Below, piece by piece: positions 35,998 through 45,128 of a DNA stretch of 64,000 nt. Origin of the DNA: Thermoplasmata archaeon (GTDB lineage Archaea > Thermoplasmatota > Thermoplasmata > Lutacidiplasmatales > UBA184); NCBI GenBank assembly GCA_022749995.1, contig JAKIWO010000003.1, positions 9,926-73,925 on the forward strand, written 5' to 3'. How positions within the stretch are numbered: the stretch's first letter is position 1; each line of letters opens with the position of its first letter. The notes below the pieces were generated by a model that worked only from the letters and a program-made list of their open reading frames with translations, was not told the DNA's origin and made no database searches. Both the position numbers and the translations under genes were made by a program.

Positions 35998-37119
35998 TCA
36001 GGGCGCAGCGCGTCGCGGGGCCGAGGCCGGGAAGGCCAGGCCCCGGAGTCCGACGTAGTCGACGCCCGGTCGGATGAGCCGGTTGTGCTCGGACTGCTCG
36101 CGAGCGTGCGCGACCCACCCGGCGGTTCGCGCGACCCCGAAGACCGCGGGGAAGAGGTCCCGGGGTAGCCCCGCCGCCTCGAGCACGAGTCCGGCGTAGA
36201 ATTCCACGTTCGTGTAGAGGCGCTCATTGGGTTTCGCCCGGCGGAGCTCGGCGAGCGCGACCTCCTCTACCCGGGCCGCGAGGGCGAACCGCTCGGGCGC
36301 CGCGACCCGTTCGGCGATCTGCCGGAGCAGCACGGCTCGGGGGTCCTCGACCTTGTACGCCCGGTGGCCGAATCCCATGAGCCGCTCGCGCCGGGCCAGG
36401 GCTTCCCGGATCCAAGGTTCGGCGTTCTCGGGGCGGCCGATGGCATCCAGCATCTCGACCGCCTTCGACGGAGCGCCTCCGTGGAGCGGCCCTTTGAGCG
36501 CCCCCACGGCGGCCGCGGCCGCCGAGAGCAGATCGGCCTGGGTCGATAGGACGACGCGCAGCGCGAAGGTGGAGGCGTTCATTCCGTGGTCGGCCACGCA
36601 GATGCAGTAGCTCTCGAGCGCGTAGACGCGGCGAGGATCCGGCGGCGCACCCTCGAGCATGTAGAGGAAGTTCGCCACGTGACCGAGGCGAGGGTCGGGA
36701 GCGATCGGCTCCCTGCCCTGGCGTCGGCGATGGAACCGAGCGAGCACGGTGGGCGCCGCGGCCACGAGCGCCACCCCTTGCTCGAGGGTGGGGGGGTACG
36801 GGAACTGCCCCAGCGCCGAGAGACCCATCCGGAGCGCGTCCATCGGGTCGGTGGTAGTCCCGAGCGTGTCGACCACTCGGGCGCAATCGGAGGGAAGCGA
36901 TCGCCGGTGGGCGAGGGCCTCGCGCAGTGGGAGGGGCGGTTCGTCGGCCGCGGGAACCCCCGACCAGAGCAGCTCGACCGTCCCTTCGAACCCGAGATGC
37001 GCGACGACATCGGCGATAGTGTACCCGCGGTAGGTGAGCCCGCCCCGCTCCCCGTCCACCTCGCTGACCGAGGTGCTGCCGGCGATCACCTCCTCGAGAC
37101 CTCCGCGGCCGCTCGCCAT
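35998..37119 (-). CDS. Citrate synthase/methylcitrate synthase family protein (short, CitA-like)
   Basis: [49 protein letters not shown]. Start taken at 37119. Confidence 0.92.
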   Translation of the reverse strand: MASGRGGLEEVIAGSTSVSEVDGERGGLTYRGYTIADVVAHLGFEGTVELLWSGVPAADEPPLPLREALAHRRSLPSDCARVVDTLGTTTDPMDALRMGLSALGQFPYPPTLEQGVALVAAAPTVLARFHRRRQGREPIAPDPRLGHVANFLYMLEGAPPDPRRVYALESYCICVADHGMNASTFALRVVLSTQADLLSAAAAAVGALKGPLHGGAPSKAVEMLDAIGRPENAEPWIREALARRERLMGFGHRAYKVEDPRAVLLRQIAERVAAPERFALAARVEEVALAELRRAKPNERLYTNVEFYAGLVLEAAGLPRDLFPAVFGVARTAGWVAHAREQSEHNRLIRPGVDYVGLRGLAFPASAPRRAAP

Positions 37120-37235
37120 CTCCGGTTTCCGGTGGCGAGCAACCACGGCGGCCGATATCCGTATCCGCCGGGAGTACCGGTCACCGCACGCCCGAGTCGC
37201 GAAAGGGTTATTGTCCGGCCTCCGGTCGAACGACC

Positions 37236-37472
37236 GTGCCGACGCCGACGGAGCTGCTCGACCGACTGCTGCAGCAGCGCGTGGAGCTTCACCTCAAGGA
37301 CCAGCGGGTGGTCAGCGGGCGGCTGCTCGGCTCCGACCTGCACATGAACCTCGTGCTCGACGACGCCGAGGAGCGGACGGCCGAGCTTACGCGCCGGCTC
37401 GGCCGCGTCGTCGTGCGCGGCTCCACCGTGGTGTCCCTCGATGCCCCGACCGGTACACCGAAGCCGCGTTAG
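37236..37472 (+). CDS. Sm-like archaeal protein (Lsm/SmAP)
   Basis: Sm1 motif GRLLGSDLHMNLVLDDAEE and Sm2 motif VVVRG; GAAAGGGTTAT promoter about 25 nt upstream. Confidence 0.92.
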   Translation: MPTPTELLDRLLQQRVELHLKDQRVVSGRLLGSDLHMNLVLDDAEERTAELTRRLGRVVVRGSTVVSLDAPTGTPKPR

Positions 37473-38175
37473 TCGCAAGACCCCCGCGGCGACCGCCCCG
37501 GAGCGGGAGAGCGCGTTCCGGTACGAGGAGTTCGCCGTACTCCGGCTGCTGGGCCAGCGGGGGGCCGACCGAGCCCCCGTGGTGTCGAGCTCGCGGGAGA
37601 TCGGAGAGGCGCTCGGATTTCTTCAGCAGGCCACGGACCGGTACCTGATCTCCCTGGCCCGCCGAGGACTGGTGCTGCGGAGCCTGGACGCGCGCAAACA
37701 GCGGCTCGCCCTGACTCCAGCCGGCCTCGACCGGCTGCGGCGGGAGTACACGAGCCTCCGGCGGATCTTCGAAGGTCCGGGCACCCTCGTGCTGAGCGGC
37801 ACGGTCTCCTCCGGGCTGGGCGAGGGCCGCTACTATCTGAGCCAGCCCGGCTACGTGAGCCAATTTGCCGAGCGGTTGGGCTACACGCCCTTCCCCGGGA
37901 CGCTCAACGTGCGGCTCGCGGGGCCCGAGCTGGTGCGTGCCGCCGCGCTCCGGCACTGGAAGGGGATCAGGATCGACGGTTTTTCGGCGAGCGGTCGGAC
38001 CTTTGGCGGCGCTACCTGCCTCGTCGCGCGCATCGGGGGGAGCCCGGGCCATCTCATCATGCCCGACCGGAGCCACCATACCGACGTGCTGGAGCTCGTC
38101 GCACCGGTGGAACTCCGGAAGGAGCTCACGCTGCGGGACGGCGACCGGGTCGAGCTGCGGATCGAGGAGAGCTAA
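37441..38175 (+). CDS. wHTH-CTP-dependent riboflavin kinase (RbkR type)
   Basis: N-terminal wHTH; GTVSSGLGEGRYY, PFPGTLNV, PDRSHH..VLELVAP..LR..L..GD. Confidence 0.92.
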   Translation: MPRPVHRSRVSRKTPAATAPERESAFRYEEFAVLRLLGQRGADRAPVVSSSREIGEALGFLQQATDRYLISLARRGLVLRSLDARKQRLALTPAGLDRLRREYTSLRRIFEGPGTLVLSGTVSSGLGEGRYYLSQPGYVSQFAERLGYTPFPGTLNVRLAGPELVRAAALRHWKGIRIDGFSASGRTFGGATCLVARIGGSPGHLIMPDRSHHTDVLELVAPVELRKELTLRDGDRVELRIEES

Positions 38176-38177
38176 CG

Positions 38178-39197
38178 GTGCCGAGTTCGCTCGCGCAGGA
38201 GATCGCTCGGGAGCGCCGGCCCGCGCGGGGCGAGGCCGTCTCACCGGACTGGTATGTCAACGCCTGGAGCGAGGCGGAGTCGCTCGGGACGGAACGCGTG
38301 AGCGCCTTCGTGCTCATCCTGCGCACCCGGGGCTGCTACTGGGCCGACCTCAAGGGCTGCTCCATGTGCGGGTACGCGAAGGATACGCTGGGACGATCGG
38401 CCACGCCGGAGGAGCTCTCCCGTCAGCTGGAGCGGGCGCTCCGGAAGTACCGGGGCGAACCGTACGTGAAGGTGTACACGAGCGGGTCGTACCTCGACGA
38501 GCGAGAAGTGGACGCCGACTCCCGAGGCCGGATCGCCGCGGCCTTCTCGGGGCGCGCCCGCCGGTTCCTCGTGGAAACGCTGCCGGAGTTCGTCACCGAG
38601 GAGCGGGTCCGATCGCTGCGGGAAAGTTTCGCGGGTGAGTTGGAGGTGGCGCAGGGACTCGAATCGACGCAACCGGAAATCCTCGACCGGTTCGTCAACA
38701 AGGTCTCCACCCCCGCGGAGTACCTCGCGGCGGCCGACCGCCTCCGCTCCTGGGGAGCTCACCCCAAGGGGTACCTGTTGCTCAAGCCTCCGTACCTCAC
38801 CGAAGGGGAGGCCATCGACGATACCGTCACCTCCGTGGAGCGGGCGTCGCCGCACTTCGAGACGCTGTCGGTGAACCCCGTGCACATCCAGAACGGCACC
38901 GTCGTCGAGCGACTCTTCCGCAGCGGACGGTACCGGCCCCCGTGGCTCTGGAGCGTCCGCGAGGTGCTCCAGCGCGGGGCCGCCGTCCGGGGGAGCAGTC
39001 GTCTCGTGTCCTTCCCGACCGCCGGGGGCCTGACGCGGGGCCCGCACAATTGCGGCGAGTGCGACCGGCGGCTGCTCCGGTGGATCGAGGAGGGCTCCCT
39101 CGATCAACGGTTCGACGCGGCCCTGGAGCCGGACTGCGCGTGCCGGGAGACCTGGTCGCGCCAGCGGGAGCTCGAGCCGCTCGGAGGAGAAGCCTGA
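38178..39197 (+). CDS. Archaeosine biosynthesis radical SAM protein RaSEA
   Basis: ILRTRGCYW...GCSMCGY (extended CxnCxxC), VKVYTSGSYLD, YLLLKPPYLTE, RPPWLWS, GPHNCGECD. Confidence 0.9.
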   Translation: MPSSLAQEIARERRPARGEAVSPDWYVNAWSEAESLGTERVSAFVLILRTRGCYWADLKGCSMCGYAKDTLGRSATPEELSRQLERALRKYRGEPYVKVYTSGSYLDEREVDADSRGRIAAAFSGRARRFLVETLPEFVTEERVRSLRESFAGELEVAQGLESTQPEILDRFVNKVSTPAEYLAAADRLRSWGAHPKGYLLLKPPYLTEGEAIDDTVTSVERASPHFETLSVNPVHIQNGTVVERLFRSGRYRPPWLWSVREVLQRGAAVRGSSRLVSFPTAGGLTRGPHNCGECDRRLLRWIEEGSLDQRFDAALEPDCACRETWSRQRELEPLGGEA

Positions 39198-40003
39198 CGG
39201 AGCTTCGACCGCGGCTGCCCCCGCACGCCGTGGAATCGATCGCCCGTTTCCTTCGCGCGCACGTCGCGGAGGCCCACGCCAAGGGGGTCGTCCTCGGTCT
39301 GAGCGGAGGCATCGACTCGGCGCTGACCCTCCGGCTTTCCGCCGATGCGCTCGGCCCCTCCCGCGTGGTCGGCGTGCTCCAGCCGGATGCGGCCTATCCT
39401 GCGGAGCTGCTCGAGGAGACGCTCGGAATCGCGCGCTCCCTGTCGGTGGAGACCGTCGTCCTGCCCATCGATCCCGTGGAGGGCGCGTTCGTAGCGCTCG
39501 TCGGGGCGGGGCTGGACCCGACGGGTCGGGGCAATCTGAAGGCCCGGATCCGGATGACCGTGCTGTACGCGGAGGCGCGCCGTCGCCTCTCGCTCGTGCT
39601 GGGCACGGGCAACAAGTCCGAACTCCTGACCGGCTACTTCACGAAGTACGGAGACGGGGGCGTGGACCTGCTCCCGCTCGGAGACCTCTACAAGACGGAG
39701 GTCCGCGACCTGGCGGCCCAGCTGGGGCTCCCTGCCTCGATCGCGGCGCGAGCTCCCACCGCTGGCCTGTGGCCGGGGCAGACGGATGAGGGAGAGCTCG
39801 GGATCACGTACGAACTCCTCGACCGGATCCTGCGGGGGATGGAAGAACTCCGCAGCCCGGCCGACATCGCCCGGCTCACGGGAGCGGACCTAGCTCAGAT
39901 CGAGGAGGTGGCGCACCGCGTCGCACTGAACCGGCACAAGCGGCGGTTGCCCCCGATCCCGAAACTCTCCCTCCGGACCGTGGGAGTGGACTGGCGCGAT
40001 TAG
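39194..40003 (+). CDS. nadE: NH3-dependent NAD+ synthetase
   Basis: GLSGGIDSA, GNLKARIRM, GTGNKSE, GYFTKYGDGG, APTAGLW.GQTDE. Start is CTG 39194 or GTG 39230. Confidence 0.95.
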   Translation: MTELRPRLPPHAVESIARFLRAHVAEAHAKGVVLGLSGGIDSALTLRLSADALGPSRVVGVLQPDAAYPAELLEETLGIARSLSVETVVLPIDPVEGAFVALVGAGLDPTGRGNLKARIRMTVLYAEARRRLSLVLGTGNKSELLTGYFTKYGDGGVDLLPLGDLYKTEVRDLAAQLGLPASIAARAPTAGLWPGQTDEGELGITYELLDRILRGMEELRSPADIARLTGADLAQIEEVAHRVALNRHKRRLPPIPKLSLRTVGVDWRD

Positions 40004-40863
40004 GGCGCCGACGGGAGCGGTCGGCGGCGGTCGGCGCTTGAGGTGCCGGGAACGGCCTTCGCTTCGACGGCGTTCGCTCGGGACGCGCGAGCGAGTTCCT
40101 GCTCGGCGAACTGTCGGATGCTATCGGCCCGCCACGAAGCGATACGCACGTCGAGGTGAGTGCGCACCTTCGCACCCGCGTGCTGCCTCCGGAGCTCGGC
40201 GATGATTCGATCGTGCGCCGGTGCCGGAACTTCCCATTGATCGCGGAACGCACGCGAGGCCAGGTCGTCAATCACCTGGGCTCCCTCCCGCTCGTACGCG
40301 AGCTCGCCCACACGGACGACTTGATCGGCGCTGAGCCGCTCCGGAAGCTTCCGTTCGGAGAGGCCCGGCGCCTCGCGTCCCACCCCCTCGTCTCGGGCCC
40401 TTCGCCGATACTCCTGCGAGAGGTCCGGCTCGGCTTCCTCCAGTTCGAGCACGGTGGAGTAGGCTTGGGAGGTCACGCGCCCGATCTCGGCGAGCACGCG
40501 GGGCCACTCTTCGACAAGGTGCAGCAGATGGGTCGAGAGCGATTGGTCGAAGCCTCGGTCACGGAACGGGAGCATCCGCGCATCGCTCCGGACCAACCGG
40601 CTCGCGCCGCGGGCGCGGGCCTGTCGCAGCATCGCCGGCGAGACGTCGACCCCGACGAGTCGTGCCTCGCGTCGAGCGAGCAACCGAAGCAGGTGGCGTC
40701 CGGTTCCGACCCCGACCTCGAGCGAGAGCGACGATCCGAGGTGGTTCGCCAGTGCTTCCTGTACCTGCTCCGCCAGCGGGCTCGGCAGCCCGCGCGTGGC
40801 GTCATACCGGTCGGCCACCCGGTCGAACGAGATCGGGGGTGTCCGGCGATGAGCGTCGGCCAC
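40000..40863 (-). CDS. Class I SAM-dependent methyltransferase
   Basis: SFDRVADRYDATRG, LEVGVGTG, GVDVSPAML, DARMLPF. Confidence 0.88.
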   Translation of the reverse strand: MADAHRRTPPISFDRVADRYDATRGLPSPLAEQVQEALANHLGSSLSLEVGVGTGRHLLRLLARREARLVGVDVSPAMLRQARARGASRLVRSDARMLPFRDRGFDQSLSTHLLHLVEEWPRVLAEIGRVTSQAYSTVLELEEAEPDLSQEYRRRARDEGVGREAPGLSERKLPERLSADQVVRVGELAYEREGAQVIDDLASRAFRDQWEVPAPAHDRIIAELRRQHAGAKVRTHLDVRIASWRADSIRQFAEQELARASRANAVEAKAVPGTSSADRRRPLPSAP

Positions 40864-41015
40864 GTCCGGGGGACGTGGGCGGTGGATATCGAGCCTCTGG
40901 GGGGAGCGGGGTCACCCGGCGGGCCCGATCGGGCGCTCGGCCGAAACGCTTTATCCCCAGCGCGCTCGGAGCCGCCACTTCCGGGACCTGAAGCAGGGAC
41001 CGGTCGCGCCCTGTA

Positions 41016-41900
41016 ATGGACCGCGCCACCTACCAGCGTTACTACCAGAGCCTCGCCACCCCCGAGGACGTGCGTCGCCTCTCCAAGGACGAGAGTGTCG
41101 AGGAGGAGTTGCTCTTCGTCATCCACACCCACCGGGTCACTCGCGACGCCACCCGGCGATTCTACGTGCTCAAACGACAGATGCCGCGCATCGCCCAGCA
41201 GTGGCGCCGCGGCACCCGCATGCTCGAGATCGCGCGGGAGTGGAACTTCCCGCCCGTGCTTCTCGGGCAGCAGCTCCTACAGGAACTCAACCTGCCGCGG
41301 AAGAAGATCTGGTCGTTCTTCCTGGACCCGGCCTCCGCCCCCGACGAACGGCTGGGGGGTGAGATCCGCGAGCTGCTCGAGCACGACCTGATCTACTCCC
41401 CCCACGGCATGGAGCTCCAGCGCGACCGGGGCCGGCGGGGCGAGGCGCGCCTGTACGGCTGGCTCGAAAAGCACGGCATCACCTACCAGACCGAGAAGGA
41501 TCTCCGGGGCAAGTTCACCAAGACGCCCGATGCGCTCCTCGACCGGCCCATCGCGCTGTTCGGTCGCAAGCTCAACTGGATCGAGTCGAAAGCGAACTTC
41601 GGCGACGACGTCGAGCTGCGCCGCAACCTGCGCAAGCAGCTCGCACCCTACACCGAGCTGTTCGGCGAGGGGGCGGTGGTCTACTGGTACGGCTACGTCG
41701 ACGGAGCGACCTCGCCGCCGGGCATCCTGCTCTGGGACGGCCCGTCGATCGAGGGGCTCACGCCCCAGGTGCTAGCTCCGACGGCGAGCGCTCCCGTTGC
41801 TCACCCGTCGCCAGGTCCCGCTCGAGCACCACGCCACGAGCGAGCTCCCGCGGCCCCACGAGGATGGCCCGCCTCGCCCGGCGACGAGCCGCCTCCTTGA
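41016..41900 (+). CDS. TPD-domain / C15orf41 (CDIN1)-like putative PD-(D/E)XK nuclease
   Basis: GRRGEARL..WL..GI.YQTEKDLR, KTPDALLDRPI, NWIESKANFGD, QL..Y.ELFGEGAVVYWYGY. Confidence 0.8.
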   Translation: MDRATYQRYYQSLATPEDVRRLSKDESVEEELLFVIHTHRVTRDATRRFYVLKRQMPRIAQQWRRGTRMLEIAREWNFPPVLLGQQLLQELNLPRKKIWSFFLDPASAPDERLGGEIRELLEHDLIYSPHGMELQRDRGRRGEARLYGWLEKHGITYQTEKDLRGKFTKTPDALLDRPIALFGRKLNWIESKANFGDDVELRRNLRKQLAPYTELFGEGAVVYWYGYVDGATSPPGILLWDGPSIEGLTPQVLAPTASAPVAHPSPGPARAPRHERAPAAPRGWPASPGDEPPP

Positions 41901-43059
41901 GCTGGCGCGAGAGCGAGCGCCCCAAGAGGTCCCCATCGGCCGCTACCCCGGCTCGTCGCAGTCGCGCCACCCACGCCGTCGCTTCGGGGATCATCTCGGG
42001 CGTGACGGCCACCACGTAGGTGTCGAGCGGGGGCTCTCCGGCCGGCCAGCGATCGTGAGCACGCAGCAGTAGCTCGAGCGTCAGGTCGCCGATGGCCAAG
42101 CCACACGCCGGGGTCGGAGGTCCGCCGAACAGCTCGATGAGCTTGTCGTACCGGCCGCCGCCGAACAGGGCGCGTTGATCACCGGCCCGGGCGTACGCCT
42201 CGAACACCGGTCCGGTGTAGTAGTCGAGACCCCGCACCACGGAGAGGTCGATGCGCACCCGGTCCTCGATGCCGGCGTGGGGGAGCAGGGCCATGATCTG
42301 GCGGAGTCGCTCGAGGCCAGCCGGCCCCGGTGGCGGCAAGTTCCACCCCTCGATCTCCGCCAGGAATGGCTCCGACTCGGCCACCGTCACGCCCTCACGG
42401 GAACGAGACAGCAGCCCTCGAAGACGGTCCACGGCCCCCGGCGCAAGCCCGGAGGCGGCGAGCTCGGCGCGCAGCTCGGCCTCGGGGCTCTTCCGTACGT
42501 TGTCGAGCGCCCGGAAGAACCGCGGGAGGTCGCTGGCCCCCAGCCCGCGTCCGAGCGCCTCGGAGAGGTCCCGGTCATTGAGCCGGAACGCGTAGAGCCC
42601 GTCGGCCCCGATCCGGTCGAGCAGCAGGCTCGCGGCCGCGAGCAACTCCACCTCCGCCTCGACCCCCGGCGCGCCGAGGATATCGAGGTTGAACTGGTGG
42701 AACTCCCGCGCGCGACCGGCCTGGGGCTCCTCGTACCGCCACAGTCGGGCGACCGTGAACCATTTCACCGGCAGCGGCTCGGCCTTGGCCCGCTCGGCGA
42801 ACACGCGCGCGAGGGAGGGCGTGGACTCGGGAACGAGCGTGACCGCCCGTCCCCCCTTGTCGGTGAACTTCCAGAGCTCCTCGGCGATTCCCGCCCCGCT
42901 CTTCACCTGGAACAGTTCCAGGCTCTCGACGCTCGGCAGCTCGAGCTCCTGGAACCCCGCCAGCCGGGCGGCCTCCCGCAGCCGGTGCCGGAGCCCCGAG
43001 CGGGCACCGGCCTCCGGAGGGAGCCGGTCCGAGAACCCCCGCAGCGTGGAGAACGGCAT
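41758..43059 (-). CDS. hisS: Histidine--tRNA ligase
   Basis: LRGFSD, WRYEEPQAGRAREFHQFN, VRGLDYYTG.VFE, GGGRYD, C-terminal anticodon domain. Start MPFSTL; TTAAG about 25 nt upstream. Confidence 0.96.
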   Translation of the reverse strand: MPFSTLRGFSDRLPPEAGARSGLRHRLREAARLAGFQELELPSVESLELFQVKSGAGIAEELWKFTDKGGRAVTLVPESTPSLARVFAERAKAEPLPVKWFTVARLWRYEEPQAGRAREFHQFNLDILGAPGVEAEVELLAAASLLLDRIGADGLYAFRLNDRDLSEALGRGLGASDLPRFFRALDNVRKSPEAELRAELAASGLAPGAVDRLRGLLSRSREGVTVAESEPFLAEIEGWNLPPPGPAGLERLRQIMALLPHAGIEDRVRIDLSVVRGLDYYTGPVFEAYARAGDQRALFGGGRYDKLIELFGGPPTPACGLAIGDLTLELLLRAHDRWPAGEPPLDTYVVAVTPEMIPEATAWVARLRRAGVAADGDLLGRSLSRQLKEAARRRARRAILVGPRELARGVVLERDLATGEQRERSPSELAPGA

Positions 43060-43084
43060 CGGCCGCTCTACCGGGATGCGGCTC

Positions 43085-44146
43085 TTAATGACTCGGAAGC
43101 GCGGGGTCCGGTGGGGCGGATCCGGTCCGTCCCACCTCATCCCGGAATCGCCGGTAGGCGACGACGGCCCCGCCGTAGTTGTGGTGCTCGAGTGCCCGCG
43201 CGATCTCCGCCGCCTCTGTCCGGAGCCGCGGCCCACTCGCAAGTTCCGGACCCCGATGAGTGAGCTCCGTCCGCAGCTCGGAGAGCTCGCGGGAGAGCAG
43301 CGGCGAACACAGTTGCCAAAGTGCCAGCGTCGAGCGGGCGAGCAGCGGCTCCGCGCCCGACCGGTCGCCCACGCGGGCCCGGCGGCGCGCCTCGGACAGT
43401 GGTCCGAGCGCCGGCAGCGGATCCCCTCCCAGCTCCCGGACCGTCTCGGCGACGAGCTCGGCCTCGAGGGACAGGATGCGGACCGTCTCCCACTCGTCCT
43501 CGAGCCGGTCGAGCCCTTCGGCGACCCGTCGGAGTCGACGGTGGGTCCCCGGGAGGTCGCCCCGGGCGAGCGAGGCGCGAGCCGAGTCGAGCTCGGCGTC
43601 CGGCGTGCCCGTCTCGACGAGCGCGGCGACCTCGTTGCGGCGGGCGAAGGCGTGCTCGAGCTCCTCGGACAGGGCCGCCGCCGTGCGGACGAACAGCTCC
43701 GCGCGGAGCGTGGCGGTCGTCTCGAGGTCGCGCGAGCTTTCGGCGGCGTGCCGCCGCTCGTCGAGCCCTACGATCTCTAGCCCCAAACGCCGGGCAAGGG
43801 TCGCCAGCTCCTCCACCTGGCGCAGCGCTGCCTCGAGCGGGTCGGCCGCTGGAAGCGCGGGTAGTTCGGGGAGCTCCGCCGGCGGATGCGGGGGTGCCGG
43901 GACTATGGGAGGAAGCGGCGCGAGCGAGGGAAACCGGGCGGGTGCGGCGATCGCCGCGGTGGTGGAGTCCACGGCGGGGACGCCCACGACCTCCGCGAGT
44001 GCCTGGGCTTCGGTCAGCGATTCGCCGGCCCCTGCATTCGGCTCGAGCGCGTGGCGGAGCGGCTCGAACAGTCCCGGCGCGAGGCCGCAGCGACCGCAGG
44101 CGCTCCCCTCCGCGGCCTCGAATCCGCAGGCGGGGCACTCCGACAG
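43085..44146 (-). CDS. Hypothetical protein: N-terminal double Zn ribbon, A/P linker, helical C-domain; probable CTG start
   Basis: In-frame extension upstream of GTG 43987 encodes LSECPACGFEAAEGSACGRCG, preceded by AAGGAG 6 nt before CTG 44146. Confidence 0.65.
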   Translation of the reverse strand: MSECPACGFEAAEGSACGRCGLAPGLFEPLRHALEPNAGAGESLTEAQALAEVVGVPAVDSTTAAIAAPARFPSLAPLPPIVPAPPHPPAELPELPALPAADPLEAALRQVEELATLARRLGLEIVGLDERRHAAESSRDLETTATLRAELFVRTAAALSEELEHAFARRNEVAALVETGTPDAELDSARASLARGDLPGTHRRLRRVAEGLDRLEDEWETVRILSLEAELVAETVRELGGDPLPALGPLSEARRRARVGDRSGAEPLLARSTLALWQLCSPLLSRELSELRTELTHRGPELASGPRLRTEAAEIARALEHHNYGGAVVAYRRFRDEVGRTGSAPPDPALPSH

Positions 44147-44156
44147 TGTTCGCTCC

Positions 44157-45101
44157 TTAGCGTGGTGCGGCCGGTAGGTGGTAGCTGTAATCGCGCCCTG
44201 AACGACCGGAGCTCTTCGGGAGGTAGCCGAACTCCGGACGCATGGCGTGCAGCCGCCGGATCCGCTCGGCCATCGGCGGGTGCGTGGAGAACAGACCGGC
44301 GACCCAACCGCCGCTGAGCGGGTTCACGATGCAGAGCGCCGAGGTGGCCGGCGTGCCGATCGGACCGGGTCGGCGGGCGTTGCCGACTTCCAGCTTGGCG
44401 AGCGCGCTCGCGAGCGCCTCGGGGTCGTGGATGGTCCGGGCCCCCACCTCATCGGCCTTGAGCTCGCGGGAGCGCGAGATGGCGAGCTGCAGCAGGAGGG
44501 CGGCGATCGGCGCGGTAATCACCGCGACGATCACGAGGATCGGATTCACGTTGCCGCGGCCGCCGTTCGAGCCGCCACCGAACATCTCGGAGAACAGGAA
44601 CGCCTGGGCTAGGTAGGAGATCGCCCCGGCCAACGTGGCCGCGAGCGTCATCACGAGGATGTCCCGGTCCTTGACGTGCGCCAACTCGTGGGCCAGCACC
44701 CCGCGCAGCTCCCGGTCGTCGCAGAGGCGCAGGATACCTTCGGTGGCGGCCACGACGGCATGCTTGGGGTTGCGCCCGGTCGCGAACGCATTCGGGGTCG
44801 CGGTGGGAACGATCGCAATACGGGGCTCGATCAGGCCGAACTGCGGCGCGAGCTCCGCCACGATGTGGGCGAGCCGAGGAGCGTCCTCCGGACGGACGAT
44901 CTTCGCCCCCGAGCTCCACAGCACGAACTTGTCGCACAGGAAGTAGGAGACCAGGTTGAACGCCAAGGCCAGCCCGAGCGCGGTGACGAGCCCGGCGAGC
45001 AAGCCGCCGAACAGGAACTCGCCGACGACCCCGCCGACCACGACGAACAGCGCGATGACCACGGCGAACAGGCCGGCCGTCTTGAGGCTCGGATTGACCA
45101 T
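44157..45101 (-). CDS. htpX: Zinc metalloprotease HtpX (M48)
   Basis: PNAFATGR, GVLAHELAH, ISRSRELKAD, LFSTHPP. Confidence 0.95.
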   Translation of the reverse strand: MVNPSLKTAGLFAVVIALFVVVGGVVGEFLFGGLLAGLVTALGLALAFNLVSYFLCDKFVLWSSGAKIVRPEDAPRLAHIVAELAPQFGLIEPRIAIVPTATPNAFATGRNPKHAVVAATEGILRLCDDRELRGVLAHELAHVKDRDILVMTLAATLAGAISYLAQAFLFSEMFGGGSNGGRGNVNPILVIVAVITAPIAALLLQLAISRSRELKADEVGARTIHDPEALASALAKLEVGNARRPGPIGTPATSALCIVNPLSGGWVAGLFSTHPPMAERIRRLHAMRPEFGYLPKSSGRSGRDYSYHLPAAPR

Positions 45102-45128
45102 CGGAGTAGAACCAGGCCGGAAAGCGGG

